Numbered from the stretch's first letter, positions 7,521 through 15,709 are shown. The stretch: 24,000 bases of DNA from Candidatus Saccharimonadota bacterium (GCA_905373835.1 CAJPUN010000005.1:34480-58479); one strand, 5' to 3'. Numbers and translations are program-made. The notes: a model not told the origin generated them from the letters alone.

Positions 7521-7752
7521 TTGCTAATACGCAGCTTATGCGCTCACACCTCCTCTCATACTCCTATCGCTGCGAACGGCGCAAAACGAGAGAAAACCGC
7601 AGCTCACACTGAGCACCGCTCTCTGGTGCTCTGAGTGGTGCGAGAGCGTACTTCTCTATACAAACTTAGTTATCGTCACGCGGTATAGGCTCGCGGCTTA
7701 CTTCATCTCATACTCTACTTGCTGTGTAGCCCTCTCTTGCACTAAGTTCAAC

Positions 7753-7789
7753 AAAAAAAGACCCTTCTGTTACAGAAAGGTCTTTTTTT
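7753..7789. terminator. Bidirectional rho-independent terminator between convergent genes
   Basis: AAAAAAA-GACCCTTCTG-TTA-CAGAAAGGTC-TTTTTTT: a 10-bp stem with one mismatch, an A-run on one side and a T-run on the other. Confidence 0.85.
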
Positions 7790-7808
7790 CTATATACAAG
7801 TGTCCGGG

Positions 7809-8057
7809 TTATTTGGTTGCTTTAGCAGCCTTCTTGGCGGGCTTTGCTGCGTCTTTCTTGGCAGCAAAGGGGAATTTGTTGCGTGAGTGTTCCTTCACAT
7901 AGTAGCCCTCAGGCATGTCACACGGCTCACCCTTGCCGTTGTTTGGTGATTTGCAAAAATAGTAAATCGTCCGCTTTACGCCACCGCGCAATACCGCATC
8001 TTTTTGCGTGTGCAAGTAGTATGTAGTACCATTCGAACTAGTATATTCGTAAGCCAT
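7809..8057 (-). CDS. Small basic protein with Lys/Ala-rich C-terminal tail (82 aa)
   Basis: Strong SD (AGGAGGAGCACT-ATG, revcomp of 8058-8072). N-terminal beta-rich part YEYTSSNGTTYYLHTQKDAVLRGGVKRTIYYFCKS...PEGYYVKEHSRNKFPF. Tail AAKKDAAKPAKKAAKATK resembles histone H1/HU-extension type tails. Candidate promoter TTGACA (revcomp 8112-8117), 17-nt spacer, TAGGCT. Confidence 0.75.
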   Translation of the reverse strand: MAYEYTSSNGTTYYLHTQKDAVLRGGVKRTIYYFCKSPNNGKGEPCDMPEGYYVKEHSRNKFPFAAKKDAAKPAKKAAKATK

Positions 8058-8335
8058 AGTGCTCCTCCTATTTGATCTTACAAAACCTAGCCTACATGCT
8101 CATAAAATGGATGTCAACACTTTGGTAACGATTTTTTACAGAGATAACGGCCAAGGGTAAGCAATTTTGTTTTTTGCTTATGGTTATTGTGTATGATAGA
8201 TGTTGGTACGATTTTTGTACGATAAACAGGGGTCAAGCATAAATTTTATGGAGCACCCAGCGAACGCTTACTCAAGACCATTATGCGTGTTGTACGTGTT
8301 GTAAATTATGTTGTAGTTTTTTATTTTTTAGCTAT

Positions 8336-8971
8336 TTATTTCGCCGCTCGATACTGAACGCGCAGCATAATCCGCAAAATAATCATCCCCACAATACGCC
8401 CAAGAATGGCCGAGATAACTACGCCAGTGAGGAGAATCGTCCAGCCAGCGAAATCGGGCGACCATAGTGGTGCACTAAAGTTGTAGTGGTAGAGGCTGGT
8501 GTCGGGCATTTTGGCAGTCTGAAGGCCAGCATTGGTGCTACTGAGCTTGCCGAGCTCCTCGTAGACACAGCGCACATAGTCAATCGACCAGCTATGGAAC
8601 CGTGGCTTACACACTGCATCGGCTTTAGCATTGGCGGTTTGGCCAGCACGATTAGTGGTACTCATTGAGGCGTTAAGCGCAGCCTTGACGTCGCGATTGT
8701 ACTGCTCTTGCAGGTAAATTGGGCCAGTATCTGTATTCATATGGGCAGAGGAATACTGCTGAAGGTCGGCGATGCGCTGGCGAATCTGCTCCATATTACC
8801 TGCCTTGTCAGCCGAGAGAACTGCTCGTCTCCGCTCAGTCATTCCCACATTATTGAGCCGCAAAAAGGTGGCAGACAGCACGAGCAGCACCATAAGCAGT
8901 AGCACCAGGTGCCACATCTTAATGCGCCGGAGTCGCTTCATCGACCGCTTGACTTGCTGTTTGTTTGCCAT
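8336..8971 (-). CDS. Hypothetical membrane protein (N- and C-terminal TM helices, extracytoplasmic middle)
   Basis: The track ORF starts at a GTG (8995). The first ATG (8971) gives MANKQQVKRSMKRLRRIKMWHLVLLLMVLLVLSATFL (positive N-tail plus TM). A second TM lies near the C-terminus (GWTILLTGVVISAILGRIVGMIIL). Start choice is uncertain. Confidence 0.6.
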   Translation of the reverse strand: MANKQQVKRSMKRLRRIKMWHLVLLLMVLLVLSATFLRLNNVGMTERRRAVLSADKAGNMEQIRQRIADLQQYSSAHMNTDTGPIYLQEQYNRDVKAALNASMSTTNRAGQTANAKADAVCKPRFHSWSIDYVRCVYEELGKLSSTNAGLQTAKMPDTSLYHYNFSAPLWSPDFAGWTILLTGVVISAILGRIVGMIILRIMLRVQYRAAK

Positions 8972-9105
8972 GCTATGTACCCTACGTATGCCCACTTATG
9001 CTTTGGCTCTAGTATAGCATAACCTCAATATTGAACCCAGTAGCGCGAGGTGGAGCGATCACGCTCTTTAGCTACCTCTGGTGGTTTTGTGCCAGAGGCG
9101 GTACA

Positions 9106-10377
9106 ATGGAAGGTATGAATATCTACTTCTCTGGAATCGGCGGCGTGGGCCTGGGGCCATTGGCTGAGTTGGCGCACGATGCAGGGCACCATGTGCTTGG
9201 CTCGGATAGTCACATTGGACTCGAGACACAAGAACTCGAGCGGCGTGGCATCTCCGTCTCACAAGACCAAACAGGCGAATACCTGGCCTATCGCCACAAG
9301 CAAACCCCCATCGATTGGTTTATCTATACTGCAGCTTTGCCGCCCGATCACCCCGAGCTCGTCTTAGCACACCGACTTGGCATCTATACCGCTAAGCGTG
9401 ACGAGCTCCTCACCTATCTCATCAACGAAAAAGACCTCCAGCTCATCGCCATCGCGGGTACCCACGGCAAGACAACAACAACTGGCCTAATGGTGTGGGC
9501 GCTGCGTCAGCTGGGTGAGCCAGTAAGTTACTCGGTGGGTACCACGCTAAGCTTTGGTCCCAGCGGCCACTATGTGCCAGGCAGCCGCTACTTTGTGTAT
9601 GAGTGTGATGAGTTTGACCGCAACTTTTTGCAATTCCACCCTCATCTCACGCTGCTGACCTCTGTTGACTACGACCACCCAGACACCTATCCTACCAAGC
9701 AGGATTACACCGATGCCTTTAGCCGCTTCCTTGAGCAGAGCGAATATACTATCATGTGGCAGCGCGATGCCGATGTGGGCGTTGTGCCACCACGGCGGCG
9801 GGCGCGTGTCTTGGAAGATGAGGATGTGCAGCAATTTGCACTCGCAGGGGCCCACAACCGAGCAAACGCAACACTGGTGGCAACGGCATGTAAACAGCTC
9901 AGGCTTGGCTCACCCGAGCACATTCGAGCAGCTATCAATACCTTCCCGGGAGTGCAGCGACGCTTTGAGCGGCTTGGGACTGGGCTGTATAGCGATTATG
10001 GCCACCACCCGGTAGAAATCGCCGCGACATTGCAAATGGCACGAGAATTGTCCGACCACGTTGTGCTGGTATATCAGCCACATCAAAACGTCCGTCAGCA
10101 TGAGATCCGTCAGCAATACACTGACTGTATGGAGCGCGCCGAGCAAATTTATTGGCTACCAACCTACCTTAGCCGCGAAGACCCAGCTCTATCCATCCTC
10201 ACCCCGCAGCAACTTACTGAGCAACTAACAAACCGTAGCAGCGTTCACTATGCCGAGCTCGATGATACCTTGTGGCACGCCATCCAAACTGCCCGCGCTG
10301 AGGGCAGGCTTGTGCTCTGCATGGGCGCAGGCACGATTGATGGCTGGGTGCGGCAGCGGCTTGCGCAAGAGGGGTAA
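9106..10377 (+). CDS. murC: UDP-N-acetylmuramate--L-alanine ligase (Mur ligase family; Mpl not excluded)
   Basis: 'MNIYFSGIGGVGLGPLAELAHDAGHHVLGSD' is a MurC-type N-terminal Rossmann. P-loop 'IAIAGTHGKTTTTGL', 'YSDYGHHPVEIAATL' and 'VYQPHQNVR' are also present. Start moved to ATG 9106 (GAGG 8 nt upstream); ATG 9115 is equally possible. The track's 9031 start is a non-ATG extension. Confidence 0.8.
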   Translation: MEGMNIYFSGIGGVGLGPLAELAHDAGHHVLGSDSHIGLETQELERRGISVSQDQTGEYLAYRHKQTPIDWFIYTAALPPDHPELVLAHRLGIYTAKRDELLTYLINEKDLQLIAIAGTHGKTTTTGLMVWALRQLGEPVSYSVGTTLSFGPSGHYVPGSRYFVYECDEFDRNFLQFHPHLTLLTSVDYDHPDTYPTKQDYTDAFSRFLEQSEYTIMWQRDADVGVVPPRRRARVLEDEDVQQFALAGAHNRANATLVATACKQLRLGSPEHIRAAINTFPGVQRRFERLGTGLYSDYGHHPVEIAATLQMARELSDHVVLVYQPHQNVRQHEIRQQYTDCMERAEQIYWLPTYLSREDPALSILTPQQLTEQLTNRSSVHYAELDDTLWHAIQTARAEGRLVLCMGAGTIDGWVRQRLAQEG

Positions 10378-10492
10378 GTGCCTACCCCAAGCTATCTACA
10401 CCCGTCGCAGCTGAATCATTGACAAGTATTCGCCTACTGTTAGTGCCTGTGTGGTAACTGTGATGGATTATAGCATTCTCAAACCACACAAC

Positions 10493-10834
10493 TTACCGGT
10501 CATCCCCACTACCCCGCAGCTGACCACGCTGCTGGCGGCTGGCGAGCTTGGCGTTGTTGCGCTGAGCGACCTCCTCGAGACTCGAACCAAGCAGATGTGC
10601 CACTGCCGTTACATACCACAAAATATCGCCCAGCTCCTTAATGATTGCCTGCTTATCTGTCTCGGCTATTGCGCCCTGTTGGTCACGCAGTAACTTTTTA
10701 AACTTCTCAAGCACCTCGCCCGATTCGCCGCCCAGACCCAGTACCATACCCATTAGTTGGGCATTGGCATCACCATAGGCATAGTCACTGCTCAGGGTAG
10801 TGATTGCTTGCTGTGCGTAGTCGTCGATCTTCAT
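10493..10834 (-). CDS. MazG-like nucleoside triphosphate pyrophosphohydrolase (small all-alpha NTP-PPase)
   Basis: 113 aa. 'LGLGGESGEVLEKFKKLLRD' and 'IIKELGDILWYVTAVAHLLG' carry the ExxE...ExxD metal-binding helices of the MazG/all-alpha NTP-PPase family. AAGGAGG SD lies in the 12-nt gap after the upstream gene. Confidence 0.85.
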   Translation of the reverse strand: MKIDDYAQQAITTLSSDYAYGDANAQLMGMVLGLGGESGEVLEKFKKLLRDQQGAIAETDKQAIIKELGDILWYVTAVAHLLGSSLEEVAQRNNAKLASRQQRGQLRGSGDDR

Positions 10835-10846
10835 ATATCCTCCTTG

Positions 10847-11524
10847 TTATTGATCTAAAACGTCATCAAACTCCTCAAAAAAATACGGATCGCGAAAGAA
10901 TGCCCGCGCGACAATCTGCTCCACTGCTGGTGCAAGCGTGTACTGCGTCAGTTTGTGTGGGCGCGCCCAAATGAGCCGTTCGTGCGGAGTGATATCATCA
11001 GTCGTCCCATAAAACACATGAGCAAGCGTGGTTGAGAGAATTGCCTTGTCTGCCCAAACACGAATATAGCACTCACCCGCATGCTGCAGCGCGAGATCCA
11101 TAGTGCCAAGCTTCTCCGCCGCTTCGCGCTGAGCTGCCGCTTGGATAGATCTGTCATCGATGTGGAGTTTGCCGTAAGGGAGCGTCCAGGTGTCGATGTA
11201 GGGCTGCTTGGTGCGCTGTTGGAGTAAGACATCACCATTACTATTTTGCACCACTAGCATGGTTACGATTTTAGGTTGGGTCCGAACCAGCATATTGTCT
11301 GTACTAACTCGATCGACATACGCCAAACCATGTGGTGCCAGGCTATAGCCACCTGGCACTTTTTGGACAAGCTGATGACGAATCAGCACCTTGAGATGAT
11401 AGCTAAAGAGATTGGTATCCACCCGTGGCGGGCGCAGATCACGAAAGCGAGCCATCTTGCGGTAGCATAGCACACTGAGAATACGCCTTTGGATGTGGTG
11501 ATTAATTATATTTTGCTCAAACAT
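10847..11524 (-). CDS. Winged-helix DNA-binding domain fused to a NUDIX domain with a degenerate Nudix box
   Basis: 225 aa. The N-terminal 70 aa (IQRRILSVLCYRKMARFRDLRPPRVDTNLFSYHLKVLIRHQLVQKVPGGYSLAPHG) look like an ArsR/MarR-type wHTH. The rest is Nudix fold, with box 'GKLHIDDRSIQAAAQREAAEKLG' against the canonical GX5EX7REUXEEXGU. Confidence 0.7.
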   Translation of the reverse strand: MFEQNIINHHIQRRILSVLCYRKMARFRDLRPPRVDTNLFSYHLKVLIRHQLVQKVPGGYSLAPHGLAYVDRVSTDNMLVRTQPKIVTMLVVQNSNGDVLLQQRTKQPYIDTWTLPYGKLHIDDRSIQAAAQREAAEKLGTMDLALQHAGECYIRVWADKAILSTTLAHVFYGTTDDITPHERLIWARPHKLTQYTLAPAVEQIVARAFFRDPYFFEEFDDVLDQ

Positions 11525-11548
11525 ATTTGACTCAAATCCTCATGACTG

Positions 11549-11560
11549 ACATATATATGT
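11549..11560. promoter_or_regulatory. Perfect 12-bp palindrome ACATATATATGT in a divergent promoter region (candidate operator)
   Basis: Located between the wHTH-Nudix start (11524, minus) and the CYTH gene (-10 TATACT at 11569-11574, SD GGGAGAG, ATG 11608). Confidence 0.35.
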
Positions 11561-11607
11561 TAGCACGCTATACTGGAGCTGAGTCAACCTTTAGCCGGGA
11601 GAGAAAT

Positions 11608-12294
11608 ATGCCACAATGTCAACGAAATAGCGAGCATAGAGGATATAACAACGCAGCAGAAACCAGCAGCTCACCTCATCCTAGCACTGTAAAATCTATC
11701 GGATACGCCGCACGAGTGCAAAGTGAAGACACCCCATCGCAGCAGCAAGAGTACGCAAAGCCTCCAAAAGAGATCGAACGCAAGTTCATTATTGACCCAA
11801 CATCAGACACCTTTGTGAGAGAAGTCTTGGCCGGAAAGAGTCTTGATGATTTTGACCATACTACTCTCCGTCAAGGTTATCTGGCAATTCGCGATGATGG
11901 GAGCGAAGAACGCATCCGAAGCTTTGGTGATATGTATTTTGAGCACACAATGAAATCTGGTGGTGATCTCGTCCGCGATGAGGAAAACACTCCTCTCAGC
12001 CGCGAGAATTTCGCAGCACTGTGGCCTCGCACCGTAGGAGCACGAGTCGAAAAAACACGCTATCAAATTCCTTATCAAGGAGTTGTACTTGAGCTTGATA
12101 TCTACCATGGCCAACTTGCTGGTTTGTGTGTCGGCGAGGTTGAGTTTTCTGGCGAAGATGAAACAGCAGCACGAGCTGCAGCAAACGCATTTGGTACTCC
12201 TGCCTGGGTTCAGCACGATGTCACCACAGATGGGCGCTTCAAGAACAAGCGACTTGCCACTAACAGTACAATACCGGTTTTTTACGAGCAGTGA
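11608..12294 (+). CDS. CYTH domain protein (CyaB/ThTPase-type triphosphate tunnel metalloenzyme)
   Basis: The hallmark 'EIERKFII' (ExExK) sits at the start of the domain, followed by beta-rich repeats with acidic/basic tunnel residues (RIRSFG..., VEKTRYQIPYQGVVLELDIYHG, GEVEF). Start set at ATG 11608 (SD GGGAGAG 5 nt upstream), because the track's 11527 start would abut the divergent gene. A low-complexity leader of about 55 aa precedes the domain. Confidence 0.8.
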   Translation: MPQCQRNSEHRGYNNAAETSSSPHPSTVKSIGYAARVQSEDTPSQQQEYAKPPKEIERKFIIDPTSDTFVREVLAGKSLDDFDHTTLRQGYLAIRDDGSEERIRSFGDMYFEHTMKSGGDLVRDEENTPLSRENFAALWPRTVGARVEKTRYQIPYQGVVLELDIYHGQLAGLCVGEVEFSGEDETAARAAANAFGTPAWVQHDVTTDGRFKNKRLATNSTIPVFYEQ

Positions 12295-12950
12295 GGTGTC
12301 GCTCGCACGCAGCCAATTGCTTTCCCCTCACTCATCCAGCGCTGTTCGTAGGCGGTGAGCGTCTTGTATTCATCAGGTAGTGACGACTCGTGGAGATCGA
12401 AGGATAATTCGCGAATCGACCACTCTTGAGTAACGAGCTGCTCCAGGCTCCAGCAAAAGAAATCACGGTCGTCGTGCTTGAGCAAGAGCGAGCCACTCGG
12501 CCGTAGCAGCTGCTCGTACTGGCGCAAGAATGTTGGGTGAGTAAGACGCCGGCCAGCGCTGCGTCGCTTGGGGAATGGATCAGGAAAAGTCACCCACAAC
12601 TGCTTGAGCGAGTGGGCGGCAAAGAGCTCGCCAATCTGATCGGCCCGAGCCCGCACAAACAGCACATTGGTGATGCCACGCTCGAGCGCCGCGTACGCCC
12701 CTTTTTGCAAGCGATCGCCCTTAACATCCAGTGCCACAAACACCTCATCTGGGTGCTGCGCCGCTAGCTCCACACTAAACATCCCGGTACCAGCGCCAAC
12801 CTCAAGCACCGTCGCACTCTGCCGCACCTCTGGTGTTGCCTGGCACCATTCGTCGTACTCGTAGCAGTTGGTGGCGTTATGGAACTTAGCAAAGCGATAT
12901 TTCTTGCGTTTGCGAGTGATGATAAATTGCTGAGGGTCAAGATACGTCAT
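12282..12950 (-). CDS. trmB: tRNA (guanine-N7)-methyltransferase
   Basis: 222 aa. SAM motif 'VLEVGAGTGMFSVELA' and the TrmB signature 'LWVTFPDPFPKRRSAGRRL' (FPDPWPKxRH-type). TATAAT (revcomp 12957-12962) sits 6 nt upstream of the ATG. The 3' end overlaps the CYTH gene by 13 nt (convergent). Confidence 0.9.
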   Translation of the reverse strand: MTYLDPQQFIITRKRKKYRFAKFHNATNCYEYDEWCQATPEVRQSATVLEVGAGTGMFSVELAAQHPDEVFVALDVKGDRLQKGAYAALERGITNVLFVRARADQIGELFAAHSLKQLWVTFPDPFPKRRSAGRRLTHPTFLRQYEQLLRPSGSLLLKHDDRDFFCWSLEQLVTQEWSIRELSFDLHESSLPDEYKTLTAYEQRWMSEGKAIGCVRATPHCS

Positions 12951-13140
12951 GAGTCTATTATACCTGAATCACATGGCCTCTTTCGCGGGTGACCCTACGC
13001 TCCACGTTATCTGGGTGAGGTGTGAGAACTCACTATCTGTCTAGCATGTTTTTCACTCGAGCAGTGAGAACCGCTCTAAAAAATGTTGTAATACTTGCAT
13101 CACTGAGTAAGATTCTAACTTATTCTCAGGTTATTATGCC

Positions 13141-13674
13141 CTACCTGAGTCGTTCCACCACCCCATCAGATAGCACTCGTACTAAGCGTGATGGTGGCGT
13201 ATTAGTCGGCACAGTGCCACCATCATAATAGTAATCGACACCATTACCAAAGTACACACGAGCTTCGTTAATAGTGCGAGCGGGCAGCTGCCCCTCGAGG
13301 TTGGCGCTGGGGGCGATCAACGGACCAGTCTGGCGCAAGACTGCTTGGAGCCACGGCAGCTGCGGCTGGCGATAGGCCAGCATATCATTAGCGCGGCGTA
13401 ACCACTGCGGAGCATGGGGCGAATCGAGCAAGATACTTGTTGGCTGGGAGGTGTTAAGCGACGGTAAGGTGGGCACATCGGCATAAGTTTGGCTGGCATC
13501 GGCCACGAGGATGATGGATGATTTATTACTATCACGCCGCTTAAGACGATACACCTGCGCTACTGCCGCTTCGTCATCTGCCCGGGCAACAATGCCATAC
13601 AACGTATCAGTCCGGAGTACTGCCACGCCACCACGCTGCAAAGTAAGCACAAGCTGGTTTAATTCATCATTCAC
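13141..13674 (-). CDS. tsaC: L-threonylcarbamoyladenylate synthase, TsaC/YrdC type
   Basis: 177 aa. 'LRTDTLYGIVARADDEAAV', 'RLKRRDSNKSSIILV' and 'GPLIAPSANLEGQLPARTINEA' form the YrdC/Sua5 domain pattern. There is no Sua5 C-terminal domain. GTG start. Confidence 0.88.
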   Translation of the reverse strand: MNDELNQLVLTLQRGGVAVLRTDTLYGIVARADDEAAVAQVYRLKRRDSNKSSIILVADASQTYADVPTLPSLNTSQPTSILLDSPHAPQWLRRANDMLAYRQPQLPWLQAVLRQTGPLIAPSANLEGQLPARTINEARVYFGNGVDYYYDGGTVPTNTPPSRLVRVLSDGVVERLR

Positions 13675-13680
13675 ATCTGT

Positions 13681-13687
13681 TATACTA
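13681..13687. promoter_or_regulatory. Shared bidirectional -10 element (TATACTA / TAGTATA) in the 20-bp tsaC-MscS divergent spacer
   Basis: Plus strand: TATACT (13681-13686) lies 8 nt before ATG 13695. Minus strand: TAGTAT (13687-13682) lies 7 nt before GTG 13674. Confidence 0.4.
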
Positions 13688-13694
13688 CCATATT

Positions 13695-14528
13695 ATGAAG
13701 CCAATTACCTCACCTGAGATCACTGCACTAGAGATTATCATTATTATTATCGTGGCGATTGCACTGTATTGGGTGGGGCCACGTCTGGTGATGTGGCTGA
13801 CGCGGCATGCCTTCGTTACCACATATCAGCGTACGCTGCCTAAGAAGGATCTCGAGAAGCGGCACAAGACGCTGGGCGGGCTCTTTGCTAATGTATGGCG
13901 CATTATTGTCGTGGTGATTGCGGGCTATGCTATCTTTACTCATTTTTTCAATAGTGCAGCTCTTGCGCCGCTGTTTGCGAGCGCAGGGATTATTGGTGTC
14001 GCCTTCGGGTTTGGCGCGCAGTCACTCGTTAAGGATTTTCTCTCAGGAGTATTTATTATTAGCGAAAACCAGTATCGGGTGGGAGACATCATTGAGATCG
14101 ATGGCTTTGGCGGGACGGTCGAGCGGATCGGTGTACGCTCCACAGTGATCCGCGACGTCGAGGGCAACGTCCACTTCTTCCCTAACGGTGTGGTGCAGCA
14201 TGTTATCAATAAGACGATGGGCTATAGCAAGGTGTACTTCACCATCACCGTTGCGCCCGACACCAACATTAGCACTGCCAGCGATATCATCAATCGGATT
14301 GGTGAGGAAATCTCCAGCGAGGAAAAATGGCAGCGCAAAGTGATCGAGCCGCCACATTTCGACATTCTTGGCGACTTCAATGCGTCGTCGATTAGCCTCG
14401 TTGTTTCTGGCAAGACCCAACCATCCGACCAGTGGGCCCTCACGGCCGAGATGCGGCGACGGATTCTGCGTGAGTTTGAAAAAGAGCACATCGAGCTCGG
14501 TGCAGCCTCGCCAGGCAAGCACAAGTAA
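13695..14528 (+). CDS. Mechanosensitive ion channel, MscS family
   Basis: 277 aa with three N-terminal TM helices. The pore-helix/beta-domain signature 'FGFGAQSLVKDFLSGVFIISENQYRVGDIIEIDGFGGTVERIGVRSTVIRDVEGNVHFFPNG' is present. Confidence 0.9.
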   Translation: MKPITSPEITALEIIIIIIVAIALYWVGPRLVMWLTRHAFVTTYQRTLPKKDLEKRHKTLGGLFANVWRIIVVVIAGYAIFTHFFNSAALAPLFASAGIIGVAFGFGAQSLVKDFLSGVFIISENQYRVGDIIEIDGFGGTVERIGVRSTVIRDVEGNVHFFPNGVVQHVINKTMGYSKVYFTITVAPDTNISTASDIINRIGEEISSEEKWQRKVIEPPHFDILGDFNASSISLVVSGKTQPSDQWALTAEMRRRILREFEKEHIELGAASPGKHK

Positions 14529-14685
14529 CCTCTATTGCGTATGCATTGCTCCCGCCACAACAAAAATTCATTCTGCGTAACGGATACTCCTGCTGAGCTA
14601 GTATGCTTTAATGAAGTCCTGATCTCAAGGTATATGACCTCTGTTAAGACACATCACGTATTTACCAGTATAGTATAATACACTC

Positions 14686-15522
14686 ATGAATCAGCAATTT
14701 CCCTCTTATCCTTATCAATCACAGCCGGCAGCTCCACCTCAGGCTCAGCCTGTGCCGCCAGCTCCGTATTATCCACAGCAGCCGGTGCAAGCACAGCCAC
14801 AGCAGCCACCGGCATGGCCAGCCCAACAGCCCGAGCCTGCACCAGCTCAGATACCACAACCGGCAGCTCCAACGCCCCCAAGTAATCCTGCGCAAGCAGC
14901 CGAGCAATTACCCGTTCAGCAACCCGCACCCCTCGTTGTCCAGCCAGCAGCCCAGCCGGCGCCGGCAGCGATGGATGCCAATTACAGCAGTGTTTTTGAC
15001 GGCACACCGCTGGTTATGGCAACGCCCGTCTCGCACTATCACAACCGCACCGTCTTTAGCCAAGTGCCCTGCATTCTCGAATGGACGACGGCCAATCGTA
15101 TCCGCGCCATCGACTTCGACTCCAAAACAAACCAAATGGTCGGCGTGGTACTCGATATCGATCCACAGCAGATCACCAAAGCAGCTGTCGAGGCAAGCTT
15201 TATCATCATATGGGTCAATGGCCAGCGCATCCAGTTCGACTTTGCTGGAGCACATGCCCAGCTGCTGACTGGCCTTGGCGCTGCAGTATCGCCAGGTATT
15301 GGTGGTGTTCTCTATGGGCACAATGTCGAGCGTGCACTCGACAACGACTACGACTGGTGGTGGGCTGCCATTCAAGCCTACGCACCCTATGCTAAAATTA
15401 TTGACGGCTTCGAGCGCGATGCGATGATTATCAACAATGGCGTCAACATTGGCCTCATCATGGCTTTTGTGACACCAATCATAGTAGTACTTATCGCCTT
15501 TATTATGGCATTATTATCATAA
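14686..15522 (+). CDS. Pro/Gln-rich, C-terminally membrane-anchored protein, paralog A (278 aa)
   Basis: TATAAT at 14674-14679 sits 6 nt before the ATG. The N-terminal 95 aa or so are P/Q/A low complexity. Then a conserved beta-rich domain (SVFDGTPL...PCILEWTTANRIRAIDFD...LDIDPQQITKA...SFIIIWVNGQRIQFDFAGA) and helix 'ALDNDYDWWWAAIQAYAP'. A single C-terminal TM follows (VNIGLIMAFVTPIIVVLIAFIMALL). No signal peptide. Confidence 0.8.
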   Translation: MNQQFPSYPYQSQPAAPPQAQPVPPAPYYPQQPVQAQPQQPPAWPAQQPEPAPAQIPQPAAPTPPSNPAQAAEQLPVQQPAPLVVQPAAQPAPAAMDANYSSVFDGTPLVMATPVSHYHNRTVFSQVPCILEWTTANRIRAIDFDSKTNQMVGVVLDIDPQQITKAAVEASFIIIWVNGQRIQFDFAGAHAQLLTGLGAAVSPGIGGVLYGHNVERALDNDYDWWWAAIQAYAPYAKIIDGFERDAMIINNGVNIGLIMAFVTPIIVVLIAFIMALLS

Positions 15523-15681
15523 AACCAGATGACTCCAGCAAGCTGATTGACGTATTTTTCTAATAAACAACAGCGCCCAAGACACCATATAATAGATACA
15601 GCAAATGCAGACATACTCCTGCATTGTTACTTCTATAGGAAGTCTACAACCAAAAATATATACCGTAAAACATATTCGTAC

Positions 15682-15709
15682 TTGCCGATCTCAAGTTATA
15701 TAGTATAAT
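15682..15709 (+). promoter_or_regulatory. Sigma70-type promoter of paralog B
   Basis: TTGCCG (15682-15687), 16-nt spacer, TATAAT (15704-15709). The ATG at 15716 lies 6 nt downstream, so the transcript is probably leaderless. Confidence 0.6.

Noticed and set aside
7521-7752. Possible riboswitch or sRNA: hairpins TGCG-AACGG-CGCA (7571-7583), GAGCACC-GCTCTCT-GGTGCTC (7611-7631) and the competing pairing CGCTCTC/GAGAGCG (7617-7623 / 7643-7649)
   Set aside because: The structures are real in sequence, but I could not assign a strand, a promoter or a known RNA family. They lie in the 3' UTR before a bidirectional terminator, so the evidence is insufficient for a call.
9031-9105. N-terminal extension of the murC ORF
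   Set aside because: It is a non-ATG start with junk translation (NPVARGGAITLFSYLWWFCARGG). The MurC Rossmann motif begins right after ATG 9106/9115, which has an SD.
11527-11607. N-terminal extension of the CYTH ORF
   Set aside because: It would start 2 nt from the divergent gene's start codon and would cover the promoter and palindrome. ATG 11608 has a good SD.
12282-12294. Convergent 3'-end overlaps (CYTH/trmB 13 nt; polymerase/IMPase 6 nt at 23342-23347)
   Set aside because: They are real, but ordinary for a highly compact genome. They are not evidence of a special mechanism.
14684-15395. ORFs antisense to or out of frame with paralog A (14684-15007-, 14719-14907-, 14908-15375-, 14936-15268+, 15081-15395+)
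   Set aside because: They are artefacts of the GC-rich, low-complexity Pro/Gln-coding region. Paralog conservation identifies the true frame.
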